Assembly: GCA_029262795.1 (NCBI GenBank)
Contig: JAJCYT010000018.1
Coordinates: 3,762-67,761 of the forward strand
From: Candidatus Fraserbacteria bacterium
Lineage (GTDB): Bacteria > Bipolaricaulota > Bipolaricaulia > RBG-16-55-9 > JAJCYT01
Reading direction: 5' to 3'
Length of the DNA stretch: 64,000 bases
In this document: positions 28,485-37,623 of the stretch, in pieces
How positions within the stretch are numbered: position 1 is the first letter of the stretch
How the letters are laid out: each line of letters opens with the position of its first letter
Notes under the pieces: generated by a model
Seen by the model: the letters and a program-made list of their open reading frames with translations, nothing else
What the model was told of the DNA's origin: nothing
Database searches by the model: none
Position numbers and translations under genes: made by a program

Positions 28485-31046
28485 TTAATCTTCGCTGTCT
28501 TCTTCGTTTTCCTCTAACGACGCTTCAAGTTCTTCGGCCCAGGCTTCCATGTCGGCTTCAAGCTGTTCACCCCAGGCCTCCATGTCGGCTTCAAACTGTT
28601 CGGCCCAGGCTTCCATGTCAGCTTCGAATTGCTCTTCCCAGGCCTCCATGTCGGCTTCAAACTCTTCTTCCCAAGCCTCCATCTCTGCTTCATGTTGTTT
28701 TTCCCAAGCTTCCATGCCAGCTTCGAAAGCCTCTTCATCCCAACTGTTTGGCCAATTTATTTCATGGCCAAATTCTTTTAAGAAAGCTTTTGCGCCATTG
28801 ATGAGATGTTTCCATTCATCAGCCACGTCATCCATATCAATGTCTATGCTGATGTTCGCAGAAGATGGATTAATGATGATGACTTTATTACCTGCAGCAC
28901 GATCCAGGATCACCAAATTTTCAAACATTTCGCTGAGCATCAGTTGGATTTCAACTTTGACCTCGTCAGTGGCAATCCCAATCAAATCACTCAACGCGCT
29001 GCCTAAAAAGCCCAGTTTTTTGGAAAGAATGATTTCAACATACACATCAATTGAATCCACCAACCCGGTGGCAGCATCCGTCAACGCATTCACGTCATCT
29101 TCCAATGCTGTGTTAAAGCGTTCTTTCAACTCTGATTTAACATCAAAATCAGGATCGATGGCTTCAATGTTGTCTAAAGCCTGCTCCAACTCTGTCATGA
29201 TCTGCTTGTAGGCCACCGAAAAACTCTGAAGCCTAATTTTAGCTTGTTCTCTAGCACCTTCTTGGCCGGAGGCAAACAACTCTGACAACGCATTGAGGTG
29301 CGTGGTGGTGGTTTTTAATAAAATGGCCACTTTGTCAATCAACACAACAATCTGTTCATCCAGAGCATCTTTTGCAGCCACTTCGCCGCCACCAGTGCCT
29401 TCGGTTAAATGTTTCAGTTTGTTGATTTCCTGGGCCACATCCACAAACACATTGACATTCTGTGGGTTGTCAGCAGGCACCGCTGGGATCGCATCCTGTG
29501 GCTGCTCAGGTGGTACTGCTTCAAACCGATCTTCACGAACCATCGGGCGAGCAGGACGTTCTAATGTAGGTTCAAATTCGTCGGGGGCTTCATTGTGATC
29601 TTCTACCGAAGCCAACGCCACATCCTCGTTCGGTCCTGGTGCCCAAGGTTGAATGGCAGCCAATGGCACCATCACCACCACCATGACGATGGCGATAAAG
29701 CCAATCAAGATCGGTGACAAGGCGCGACGGTTCAGGCGTGGATTCAAAATCGCCAGTAGACGACCTTCCAATTGTGAACGGCGTGCCATGGCAATGGTTG
29801 CCAACGAGGCCACTCTGGCTGAACGTAATGAACGGGCAATGTCTAACAAGTGGCCGGCATAATCACTGGCCAGCGTGCCCAACTGCAACACTTGATCATC
29901 ACAGGCATGTTCGCGTTCCACACGCATTTTGTACGCAGCCACCCACACCAACGGATTGAACCAGAACAAGGCGCAGGCAATCTGAGCCATCATTTGGGTC
30001 AGTGTGTCTTTTCGTTTGACATGGGCCAACTCATGCATCAACACCACGCGGCATTTTTCTTCGGGCCAGATACCGGCTTCTTCAGGCAGAAGGACCACCG
30101 GCTTGAACACGCCCCAGGTCATCGGTGTGGCGGCATGTTTGCCCTGCCATAATCGGATAGGGCGATCAATCTCGAAACGCTGACAAATATCGTCACACAA
30201 TTTGGTCCAGTAAGGATAAGTAATGGTTTCCGCTCTTCTGGACACCCAGCGAATCCACAACATGCCCAGCAACAGTCGCCCCATGATGAACATAAAACCA
30301 ATGCCCCAGACCAACACGCCAACTAAAATCCACTGCGTTGATGAAAATGATGCCAAAAAGTCAGAAGGCGTAATTGGGCTTGGTGTCATGACAGGCTGAA
30401 CAGCCACTTCCCTGGAAATAACTTCAGGGGAGAATTGCTCCATATTGTCAGTTTTTAGAGGCGCTCTGGTCACGGGTATCGTTTCGGACAAAGTGGCTTC
30501 GACCCTGACTGTTTCGCTTGCTATCGCGGGTTGATTTGCAATGACAGTTTCAGCAGGCGCTTGAGAGACTGCGGGTGTTTGTGGCTTCTGGCGTACTTGG
30601 GGGTTCTGAGACGTTTGTGGCGTCTGAGGTGTTTGAGCTTGAACAATATTATTGGCAGTTGTTTGTGCTTCAGTCGAAGAACCAATGGCAGGGTTGATAA
30701 AGGCTTGCTTAAAAAAGAGGAAGCTGGAAGGCTGATGACTCACAGCATCTTGCTGGATCGCGTTAGAAGTTGTCACTTCTTCTTGAGATTGGACAACGGG
30801 TTCAACCGCATTAATCTCAGGCAAAAGAGGCAGATTCCAGTTGGGCAACAACATGGACAACACGGGTACCAACAACACACCAAACAGGCCAAAGCTCCAC
30901 ACCCAATGACGTGCAGCCGCAGACGCACGGCGCAATAAGTAGGTGATGCCTGCTGCAATCGTCAGCAACAGAGTGCCTTTTAAGGTGACATCAATGATCC
31001 ATTTCAGCAAATCCTGATTGTTCAGCAACCCTTCCACCCAGGTCAT
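28485..31046 (-). CDS. BlaR1/MecR1-family M56 membrane metalloprotease signal transducer with non-canonical sensor (Q/P/T-rich extracytoplasmic loop; C-terminal acidic 11-mer repeat domain)
   Basis: N-terminal TM helices like BlaR1. Zinc-protease motif VLMHELAHVKRKD (HEXXH). Fourth TM ILIGFIAIVMVVVMVPLAAI. C-terminal about 360 aa ends in 6-8 copies of EADMEAW.EQF. No transpeptidase/PBP-like (SxxK) domain. Confidence 0.7.
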   Translation of the reverse strand: MTWVEGLLNNQDLLKWIIDVTLKGTLLLTIAAGITYLLRRASAAARHWVWSFGLFGVLLVPVLSMLLPNWNLPLLPEINAVEPVVQSQEEVTTSNAIQQDAVSHQPSSFLFFKQAFINPAIGSSTEAQTTANNIVQAQTPQTPQTSQNPQVRQKPQTPAVSQAPAETVIANQPAIASETVRVEATLSETIPVTRAPLKTDNMEQFSPEVISREVAVQPVMTPSPITPSDFLASFSSTQWILVGVLVWGIGFMFIMGRLLLGMLWIRWVSRRAETITYPYWTKLCDDICQRFEIDRPIRLWQGKHAATPMTWGVFKPVVLLPEEAGIWPEEKCRVVLMHELAHVKRKDTLTQMMAQIACALFWFNPLVWVAAYKMRVEREHACDDQVLQLGTLASDYAGHLLDIARSLRSARVASLATIAMARRSQLEGRLLAILNPRLNRRALSPILIGFIAIVMVVVMVPLAAIQPWAPGPNEDVALASVEDHNEAPDEFEPTLERPARPMVREDRFEAVPPEQPQDAIPAVPADNPQNVNVFVDVAQEINKLKHLTEGTGGGEVAAKDALDEQIVVLIDKVAILLKTTTTHLNALSELFASGQEGAREQAKIRLQSFSVAYKQIMTELEQALDNIEAIDPDFDVKSELKERFNTALEDDVNALTDAATGLVDSIDVYVEIILSKKLGFLGSALSDLIGIATDEVKVEIQLMLSEMFENLVILDRAAGNKVIIINPSSANISIDIDMDDVADEWKHLINGAKAFLKEFGHEINWPNSWDEEAFEAGMEAWEKQHEAEMEAWEEEFEADMEAWEEQFEADMEAWAEQFEADMEAWGEQLEADMEAWAEELEASLEENEEDSED
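28527..28736. repeat. 33-bp tandem repeat array (encodes the EADMEAWxEQF 11-mer repeats) inside the BlaR1-like gene
   Basis: Repeating ggcccaggcttccatgtcggcttcaaactgttc units. The antisense ORF 28549..29211 reads SMSASNCS repeats. Confidence 0.7.
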
Positions 31047-31049
31047 GGT

Positions 31050-31439
31050 TTATCTCCCCTCGTGTTTGGCTTGTTCAATCATGGTGGACAAGCGCTCAAG
31101 GTCGTTGTCAGAAAGTTCTTCTTTGGACATATCTAATAATGCGGCCACAGCCTGAGCGGTGGAACCGGCAAAGAACGTTTCCAATAAATTTTCCATTGCG
31201 GAGTGTTTGGCTTTCTCAGGAGTCACCGTCGGCATATAGATGTAGCGCGGCCCATCCTGTTTGTGTTTCAAAAGTTCCTTTTTCTCCAAAACACTTAACA
31301 TGGCGCGTACCGCAGAATAGCTTGGCGGATCGGGCAAATGATCCAGTACTTCGGCTGCCGTGGCCTGATCGAAGCGATAGATGATGTCCATAATCTGTCG
31401 TTCGCGTCGGCTCAATTGGCTCAACGGTTTGTTGTTCAT
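31050..31439 (-). CDS. BlaI/MecI/CopY-family winged-helix transcriptional repressor
   Basis: 129 aa. LSRRERQIMDIIYRFDQATAAEVLDHL...SAVRAMLSVLEKKELLKHKQDGPRYIYMPTV is the penicillinase-repressor family. 3-nt gap to the BlaR1-like gene (operon). Confidence 0.8.
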   Translation of the reverse strand: MNNKPLSQLSRRERQIMDIIYRFDQATAAEVLDHLPDPPSYSAVRAMLSVLEKKELLKHKQDGPRYIYMPTVTPEKAKHSAMENLLETFFAGSTAQAVAALLDMSKEELSDNDLERLSTMIEQAKHEGR

Positions 31440-31474
31440 CCGAATCCTTTCTGTTCATGTCACAAATCTGCCGT

Positions 31475-31512
31475 GTGCTGTTTTTATAGCACATGCTAAA
31501 AATATAGCACAA
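31475..31512. promoter_or_regulatory. Candidate BlaI-type operator: overlapping dyads TGTGCT-n8-AGCACA and TGCTA-n6-TAGCA (direct repeats of TATAGCACA)
   Basis: Located 36-73 bp upstream of the blaI-like start. AT-rich spacer consistent with a -10/-35 overlap. Confidence 0.45.
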
Positions 31513-31680
31513 AGAAAGTTGGATGTCAAGTGACCAGTAAATTCTTCTGACCTATTGCTATTTGTTTTTGATTTACAGCCAAACAATCTTTCATTTTCAG
31601 AACCAATACCATTTTCCTGCGATAGCCATGTAAAGTCCCTTGAAAGGTATGATACGGTTCAGTAAGCTATGAAGCCACTT

Positions 31681-31756
31681 GGGCGGTTAGCTCAGTTGGG
31701 AGAGTGCCAGGATCACAACCTGGAGGTCACAGGTTCAAGCCCTGTACCGCCCACCA
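31681..31756 (+). tRNA. tRNA-Val (CAC), CCA encoded
   Basis: GGGCGGT acceptor. D-arm GCTCAGTTGGGAGAGT. Anticodon stem CCAGG/CCTGG with loop ATCACAA. T-arm GGTTCAAGCCC. Confidence 0.88.
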
Positions 31757-31912
31757 ACTTTTCATTATCATGTGCCCTATCTTTTATAAATTCTTTGACA
31801 TAAAACAGTGAAACATCCATCTCATGACCTCACTTGGCACTAAACTGTAAATCCACTGAATTGACAGTTGGATGATTTATTGTTAGAAACAATTTGAGGA
31901 AACATCATTATT

Positions 31913-32569
31913 ATGGTTGAAAAATCAAAGCAAAATGAACTGATTAGCGGATTGACCCACTTGGCAGGCGCTATCCTGTCTGTCGTCGCATTGGGACTGC
32001 TGCTTCATATGGGCATCACCAACGGCGGGGCAGCACATATTGTAGGATTCTCCATTTTTGGAGCCAGCCTGATTTTGCTGTATGTCGCCAGCACGGTGTA
32101 TCACCTCATTCCGATTCCGTCCAAACTCAAGCAAATTTTTCGCCGTATTGATCATGCCATGATTTTTGTGCTGATTGCAGGCACATACACACCCATCTGT
32201 CTGGTGCCGTTGTGGGGCGCTTGGGGATGGACCCTGCTGGCTGTGATTTGGTCACTGGCCATCACGGGTGTGATTGTTAAAGCGCTCTGGATCAAGATTC
32301 CTGGCTGGTTGTCCGGCTTGATTTATCTGGGCATGGGGTGGCTGGCGGTATTGGCTTTGCCTGTGATGTTTGACCTTATGCCAATCAATGGCGTCTGGTG
32401 GATGTTGGCAGGTGGAATTTTTTACAGTGTGGGTGTGATTTTCTATGCGCTGGAAAAAGTTCTAAAACCCATCAAATGGTTTGGCATGCACGAAATTTTT
32501 CACATCTTTGTATTGGCGGGCAGTTTTAGCCACTTCTGGATGATGTGGAAATACATCGCCGTTCTTTAA
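31913..32569 (+). CDS. Hemolysin III / PAQR-family (YqfA-like) 7-TM protein
   Basis: 218 aa, 7 TM. Conserved HLIP, RIDHAMIFVLIAGTYTP and HEIFH motifs. Confidence 0.8.
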   Translation: MVEKSKQNELISGLTHLAGAILSVVALGLLLHMGITNGGAAHIVGFSIFGASLILLYVASTVYHLIPIPSKLKQIFRRIDHAMIFVLIAGTYTPICLVPLWGAWGWTLLAVIWSLAITGVIVKALWIKIPGWLSGLIYLGMGWLAVLALPVMFDLMPINGVWWMLAGGIFYSVGVIFYALEKVLKPIKWFGMHEIFHIFVLAGSFSHFWMMWKYIAVL

Positions 32570-32838
32570 TTTAGAACGAGATCGAATACAACCAAGCACC
32601 AAACGCGAATACAAAACTAAACATCAACATCAACGCACCTACATTCACCAATTCAGTTCGTAAAGTTTGCATAATGAACTCCTTTATGTGTCCTTTATAA
32701 CAAATCTTCCGTCCAATCTTGATGACTGTTTCGTGGAAATTCCGTCAAATTCAGCTGGAAAAAAGGTCCAAAATTTCCAAAAGCCCTTCAAACATCGTGA
32801 TCAGCTTGATAAACTAGCGATAGAGAGGTGGCATTCCA

Positions 32839-33356
32839 TGAAATTTCTACACTTGAAAATTGTTCTATTATTTCTGGCTTTGTTTGTGTTAGGTGGATGT
32901 GATCTATTCAAACCACCTGCGAATGAGGTTGATGAGTTGCCCGATGAAACACCTGTTTCATCCAATCAAAAGCTGATTGCTGAAAAAGCCATTTATTCCA
33001 ATGGCAGTGGGAGCAATATCCATCTTGCCAATATCGAATTATGGATGGACGGCAGCCCACGTCGCCCACTCATTGTGTTTGAAGCGGTCACCAACCTGGC
33101 CTTTTTCAACATCAACATGACCTTGCCTGTGTGTTATGTGTTCCCTCGACAAAATGGTGAAATCTCCAGTTGGCACAGCGGCCCTTTGGAACCAGGGCAA
33201 ATTGTCAAGATTGAATCTCAATGGGAGCAAATCACCAACAGTTGCCAGGGCGATTACGCCACTGTGTTGTGGGATGTGTCCACACAACGCGAAGGATCGA
33301 AAGACAACATCACCGTGATCTGGGACTGGCCCGAAGAAGATGACTCAGGCTTGTGA
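32839..33356 (+). CDS. Lipoprotein of unknown function
   Basis: Signal peptide with lipobox LFVLGG-C (MKFLHLKIVLLFLALFVLGGCDLF). GAGAGG RBS. The ORF track's longer upstream start is rejected. Confidence 0.55.
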
Positions 33357-33731
33357 TTGGCTTCGACGCTTGCGCCAATCCCACATCATCGGAATAAGGT
33401 TCAATCCAATGGCACCGGCAATCATAGCATACCCAATCCAGCGATAGCCGCTCAGCCCGAGATACATCAGGCTTGTGCCGTGCAATATTGTGAGAATACT
33501 GCCCAAAATGAAAAATGGGCCCCGAACATAACAAAGAAGCCCCTCACACTCGCGTAACCCCACCGAGGCGTGCAGGCCAATCATCAACAATGACACACCC
33601 CAGATGAGGGTGACCAGAAAAGCATCGTGCATATAAAACGGTGTGGCGACCATTGCCGCACCAGGCGGAACCACAAACACCCAAATGTTGTTAAGCAAGC
33701 TTTTTATCGAAAAATTGTTTGCCATCAAAAC
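33345..33731 (-). CDS. Small multi-TM membrane protein, unknown function
   Basis: Four hydrophobic helices. Overlaps the lipoprotein gene end by about 12 nt. Confidence 0.4.
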   Translation of the reverse strand, partial: VLMANNFSIKSLLNNIWVFVVPPGAAMVATPFYMHDAFLVTLIWGVSLLMIGLHASVGLRECEGLLCYVRGPFFILGSILTILHGTSLMYLGLSGYRWIGYAMIAGAIGLNLIPMMWDWRKRRSQSQA

Positions 33732-33875
33732 CATCTCCCTAAAATTCTGTGTTGCTTTCATTGAGCAAGATTCGCTTTAGGGGTTCAATAGAAAAGGGCC
33801 AAAGGCTTTGATGTTGGGGTATTGGTCAACCCTTTGGGATGAATGTCAAATGATTGTGATTCATCCCAGATCAGA

Positions 33876-34772
33876 TCAAGCCAGGGCTTCGATGGCTGCT
33901 TTGACAGATTCAATATAGTTGCGAGACACAGGGATAACTTTCACACCCTGCTTCAACTGAAGCTGCATGCCCTGAGCGTTGCCACTAAGCTTCAGTGCCT
34001 GGGTGAGGTTGACGATGTAAGAGCGATGACAGCGAACCACGGGGATACCTTCAAGTTGAGCTTCGATACCTTTGAGTGAATGTCTTAACAAATCCCGTTG
34101 AAGTTCATCTTGTTGGAGATGATGCACGGCCACATAATTGTCTGCCGATTCCAGATAGAGAAATTCATTTAAAGACAGACTTAACACCGTTTTGTTGTTT
34201 TCATTTTTGAGCGTGAATGTTGTGGTTGATTCTGGTTGTTGCTCAAGCGTTTCGCTGAGCGTCCTAGAGCTTCGACGATACTGCTCATTTTGCCTTGCGC
34301 GCTGATATAACAATAAAAAAGAAACTGGGATGATGGCGATCAATAGCACTTGTCCAGAAAATCTAAGGAAGGAAATCAGACTCACATTTTCAAATCCAGT
34401 GAGTGCACTCAGATAAATAAAATTACTCATTAACAACAAAAACAACGACCAAAGCCGCCACAGGTTTTTGTTAATTCGATCATCCCAATGATTTAAAAAA
34501 ACCTTTTCAACAAATCTTTCAATCACCAAATGATTTAATAATGTGACTACGGAATTCATCACCCCAATACCAAGGACGATAAAAAAACTGGCATCAAACA
34601 AGTTCACCTTGAGGCCAAAAGGTTGAAATAACAACAAAAACAACGACACAAAACCCCCTATAGCAAAAGCCATGCGGAAAATATTCGAGTTAGATTCCCT
34701 TTGAGTTTGCTGTGATCGTTGCATGTTTGATTCACTAGACCTGTTTTCGTTAATGTAGAAATTATGATACAA
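33876..34772 (-). CDS. Membrane-bound LytTR-domain DNA-binding regulator (N-terminal TM domain + C-terminal LytTR)
   Basis: N-terminal 4-5 TM helices. C-terminal LYLESADNYVAVHH...VRCHRSYIVNLTQA...IPVSRNYIESVKAAI is LytTR. Confidence 0.65.
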   Translation of the reverse strand: MYHNFYINENRSSESNMQRSQQTQRESNSNIFRMAFAIGGFVSLFLLLFQPFGLKVNLFDASFFIVLGIGVMNSVVTLLNHLVIERFVEKVFLNHWDDRINKNLWRLWSLFLLLMSNFIYLSALTGFENVSLISFLRFSGQVLLIAIIPVSFLLLYQRARQNEQYRRSSRTLSETLEQQPESTTTFTLKNENNKTVLSLSLNEFLYLESADNYVAVHHLQQDELQRDLLRHSLKGIEAQLEGIPVVRCHRSYIVNLTQALKLSGNAQGMQLQLKQGVKVIPVSRNYIESVKAAIEALA

Positions 34773-35162
34773 GATTTTTTAATCAATGTGGCTGACTGGG
34801 CCAAATCTCATTCAGACATTCTAGGCGTGGCCTTGGTTGGCTCTCATGCCAGAGATGAGGCTCGTGTCGATTCAGATATAGATTTGGTCATCCTTTGTGA
34901 AAAACCAAGCGAATATATCAAGGACACATCTTGGTCAAAATTCTTTGGCAAAGTGACATCAAGCAAGATAAAAGATTGGGGCAATGTCACTTCATTAAAT
35001 GTTTGGTATGAAGATGGTCAAGAAGTTGAATTTGGATTTACGGATGCCTCGTGGGCATCTTTTCCTCTAGATGCAGGAACAGAAAAAGTGGTACTGAATG
35101 GATTCAAAACTGTTTGGGACCGTAAAGGATGTTTCAAAGAACTAGAAAGTTTTCTAAGTTAA
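34764..35162 (+). CDS. Minimal nucleotidyltransferase (Pol-beta superfamily; aminoglycoside/lincosamide-NTase-like) of unknown substrate
   Basis: GVALVGSHARDEARVDSDIDLVIL is the G[SG]x9-13Dx[DE] NTase motif. 132 aa. Confidence 0.5.
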   Translation: MIQDFLINVADWAKSHSDILGVALVGSHARDEARVDSDIDLVILCEKPSEYIKDTSWSKFFGKVTSSKIKDWGNVTSLNVWYEDGQEVEFGFTDASWASFPLDAGTEKVVLNGFKTVWDRKGCFKELESFLS

Positions 35163-35749
35163 TCTTCCAAATTTCTCTCACTTAATTCTTCTGGCTTTCG
35201 ATAGATCACCAAAAAGTAAAGTGCTGCAAAATCATAAACAGCATGAACAATGGTGGGCACCAACAGATTGTCAAAAATTAATAACAGCCAGCCCATGTAG
35301 ATACCCATGAGGGTCGCGTAGATAGCGTAAGTTAGTGAGAGATAGTGGAGTAACCCGAAGATCACTGCGGCAATCAGCACGGCCAAAACTGGGCCGAGGC
35401 TTGGCACCATAGCGCTTTGCAGAAAACCGCGAAACAGGGCTTCTTCGCCCACACCTGCTAACAGAGAGATGAGGGCCAGATCCCAGATGGTGCATTTGGT
35501 GAACAGGGTTCGCACAATTTGATCGACCAGTTGACGTAATGCCACCAAGTGTTTGACTTGAGAACTGTCCAGCCAAAGCAACGCTGCCAGCAAAGGGAGC
35601 GTGCCAAGCACCCCCCACATCCATGCAGACCACCCGAAATTGAATTGATCAAAAATAGGCTGATTAAAGAAAAAACCCAACACCACTGCCAACACCAACA
35701 GGCCGCCTTCCAGCAGTGTGGATTTAATCAGCAGTGATTTTCGATCCAT
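35159..35749 (-). CDS. CPBP-family (CAAX/Abi) intramembrane metalloprotease
   Basis: Motif 1 EEALFRG, motif 2 FGLLH, motif 3 HAVYD, multi-TM. Confidence 0.75.
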   Translation of the reverse strand: MDRKSLLIKSTLLEGGLLVLAVVLGFFFNQPIFDQFNFGWSAWMWGVLGTLPLLAALLWLDSSQVKHLVALRQLVDQIVRTLFTKCTIWDLALISLLAGVGEEALFRGFLQSAMVPSLGPVLAVLIAAVIFGLLHYLSLTYAIYATLMGIYMGWLLLIFDNLLVPTIVHAVYDFAALYFLVIYRKPEELSERNLED

Positions 35750-35765
35750 GTTTTTCAGCTAAGTA

Positions 35766-37526
35766 TTAGCTCGACATGGCGGGCTCTTTAAGGTATTTTC
35801 TCGGATCGGCCACCTTGCCCTCGATAGCTGAAGCCGCCACGGAGGCAGGGGACGCCAGGAACACATTCCCTTTTCCAGCACGCCCTTTGAAGTTGCGGTT
35901 GGAGGCAAAGACGCCCACCTCACCTTCCTTCAATGTACCAGGCCCCATACCGATACAGGCACCGCATCCGGGCTGCACAATCTGTCCTCCCGCTTCGATG
36001 ATGTCGCGCAGATAGCCTTGCCGGCCAGCTTCCTCCATCACGCCGATGGTGGACGGAGCGACAATAAATTTAACGCCTTCAGCCACTTTGTTTCCGCGAA
36101 TCACATCGGCTGCGGCTTGAACATCTTCCAGCTTGCCGCCGGTGCAACTGCCGACCCAGGCCACGTCGATCTCCGCTTTTTCAACCACATCCACACTCAC
36201 GCCTGTGTCGGGTGAAAACGGTGGTGCAACGATGGGAGTGAGTTGATCCAGATCGAAGGTCAGGTTTTGTTTGAACACAGCACCGTCATCGGATCGCAAT
36301 TCACCCACCGCAAAGATGCCACAGGATGCACCACCTTCCACCGTCATGTTGGCGATGGTGGAGCGATCATCAGCAGTGAGGTGTTCCACACCAGGGCCAT
36401 CGAATTCGACCACGCAACTGGTGAAGCCGTTGGCAGTTACTTCGGCCAGAATGTAGAGAATCACATCTTTGGGGAACACACCATGCTGCATTTTTCCAGT
36501 GAGTGTCACACGAATGGTTTCAGGCACATCCACCATCACACGGCCAGCAGCCATGATTTCGGTGAGATCAGTGTTGCCGATCCCGAAGGCGAAACAGCCA
36601 AATGCCCCGTGGGTGCAAGTGTGACTGTCCGTGCCGACCACCAAGGTATCAGGTCGAATCAAGCCTTTTTCTGGGAACAGCACGTGACAAATCCCCTGGC
36701 TCACAAACGGCGCAGGCGGCAGAAACGCATGGGGCAGGTTTTGTTCTTCCACAAATTTTGCTGATTTTTCAACCATGATCTGTGATTTCCAGTTGTCTTG
36801 AATCAACGGAATTTGAATGGTGTGATCCGCCACAAACAAAATTTTCTCTGGATCATGCACTTTAAAATCTTTGCCATAGGCGGCGTAGAGTTGATCGGCT
36901 GCCACGGGCAAGGTGAGTTCATGGGTGATGACGCGATCCACTTCGGCGTACACAATCATCCCAGGTTTGACATGGCTCACGCCTGCTGCTTTGGCCAGAA
37001 TTTTTTCGGCCAACGTCTGTGGTCGCTCTTCAGCAACAGGGTTGGCAGGTGCTTGTCCGCTTTGATTGAACTTGGTCAGGCCGCCTGCTAGCATAATCTG
37101 TTGGTGAATCGGCAGCATGCCTTCCCAAAAACGTTCGTCATCCAGATCAATTTCGAGTTCATCACCGGTTTGAATACCTTCTGGCACCAAGTCCATGTTG
37201 CGTGACAAAGGCAAACCATAGTTGATGGAATTGCGATAATAAATGCGGGCAAAGGTTGGAGACAAAACAATTTTCACGCCAGCTTTGGCCAGTGAAATGG
37301 GCGCCACCTCACGGGAGGAACCACAACCAAAGTTTTCACCGGCAATGATGATGTCGTACTGATTGGCCTCAAAAGGAACCGTATATTTTGATTCGTGCAA
37401 GTCTTCCAGGGCATGTGCGCCCAACGTGTCTAAATCAGGGGTGGTGCAATAACGGGCGGGAATAATTTCGTCGGTGTTGATGTCACTGCCGCACACAAAC
37501 ACCTTGCCTTTGATGATTCGGGACAT
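35766..37526 (-). CDS. Aconitase-family dehydratase with fused LeuD-like (swivel) N-terminal domain and LeuC-like catalytic domain (reversed domain order)
   Basis: N-terminus VFVCGSDINTDEIIPARY...GENFGCGSSRE (LeuD). Then TLAEKILAKAAG...VDRVITHELT, DSHTCTHGAFG and cluster-ligand Cys region CTGGKLED..QPGCGACIGMG (LeuC). Confidence 0.65.
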   Translation of the reverse strand: MSRIIKGKVFVCGSDINTDEIIPARYCTTPDLDTLGAHALEDLHESKYTVPFEANQYDIIIAGENFGCGSSREVAPISLAKAGVKIVLSPTFARIYYRNSINYGLPLSRNMDLVPEGIQTGDELEIDLDDERFWEGMLPIHQQIMLAGGLTKFNQSGQAPANPVAEERPQTLAEKILAKAAGVSHVKPGMIVYAEVDRVITHELTLPVAADQLYAAYGKDFKVHDPEKILFVADHTIQIPLIQDNWKSQIMVEKSAKFVEEQNLPHAFLPPAPFVSQGICHVLFPEKGLIRPDTLVVGTDSHTCTHGAFGCFAFGIGNTDLTEIMAAGRVMVDVPETIRVTLTGKMQHGVFPKDVILYILAEVTANGFTSCVVEFDGPGVEHLTADDRSTIANMTVEGGASCGIFAVGELRSDDGAVFKQNLTFDLDQLTPIVAPPFSPDTGVSVDVVEKAEIDVAWVGSCTGGKLEDVQAAADVIRGNKVAEGVKFIVAPSTIGVMEEAGRQGYLRDIIEAGGQIVQPGCGACIGMGPGTLKEGEVGVFASNRNFKGRAGKGNVFLASPASVAASAIEGKVADPRKYLKEPAMSS

Positions 37527-37623
37527 AATAAAATTCCTTCCTCTCCTTGGTCTGGCTTTCTATTCTAGGTCTGGTGCGCCGAAAATCAATGGAAAGATAA
37601 AGATCGCTCTATGTGCCTGGCAC

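Noticed and set aside
28549-29211. 220-aa plus-strand ORF with SMSASNCS repeats
   Set aside because: Antisense reading of the 33-bp tandem repeats in the BlaR1-like gene. It is a repeat-generated artefact.
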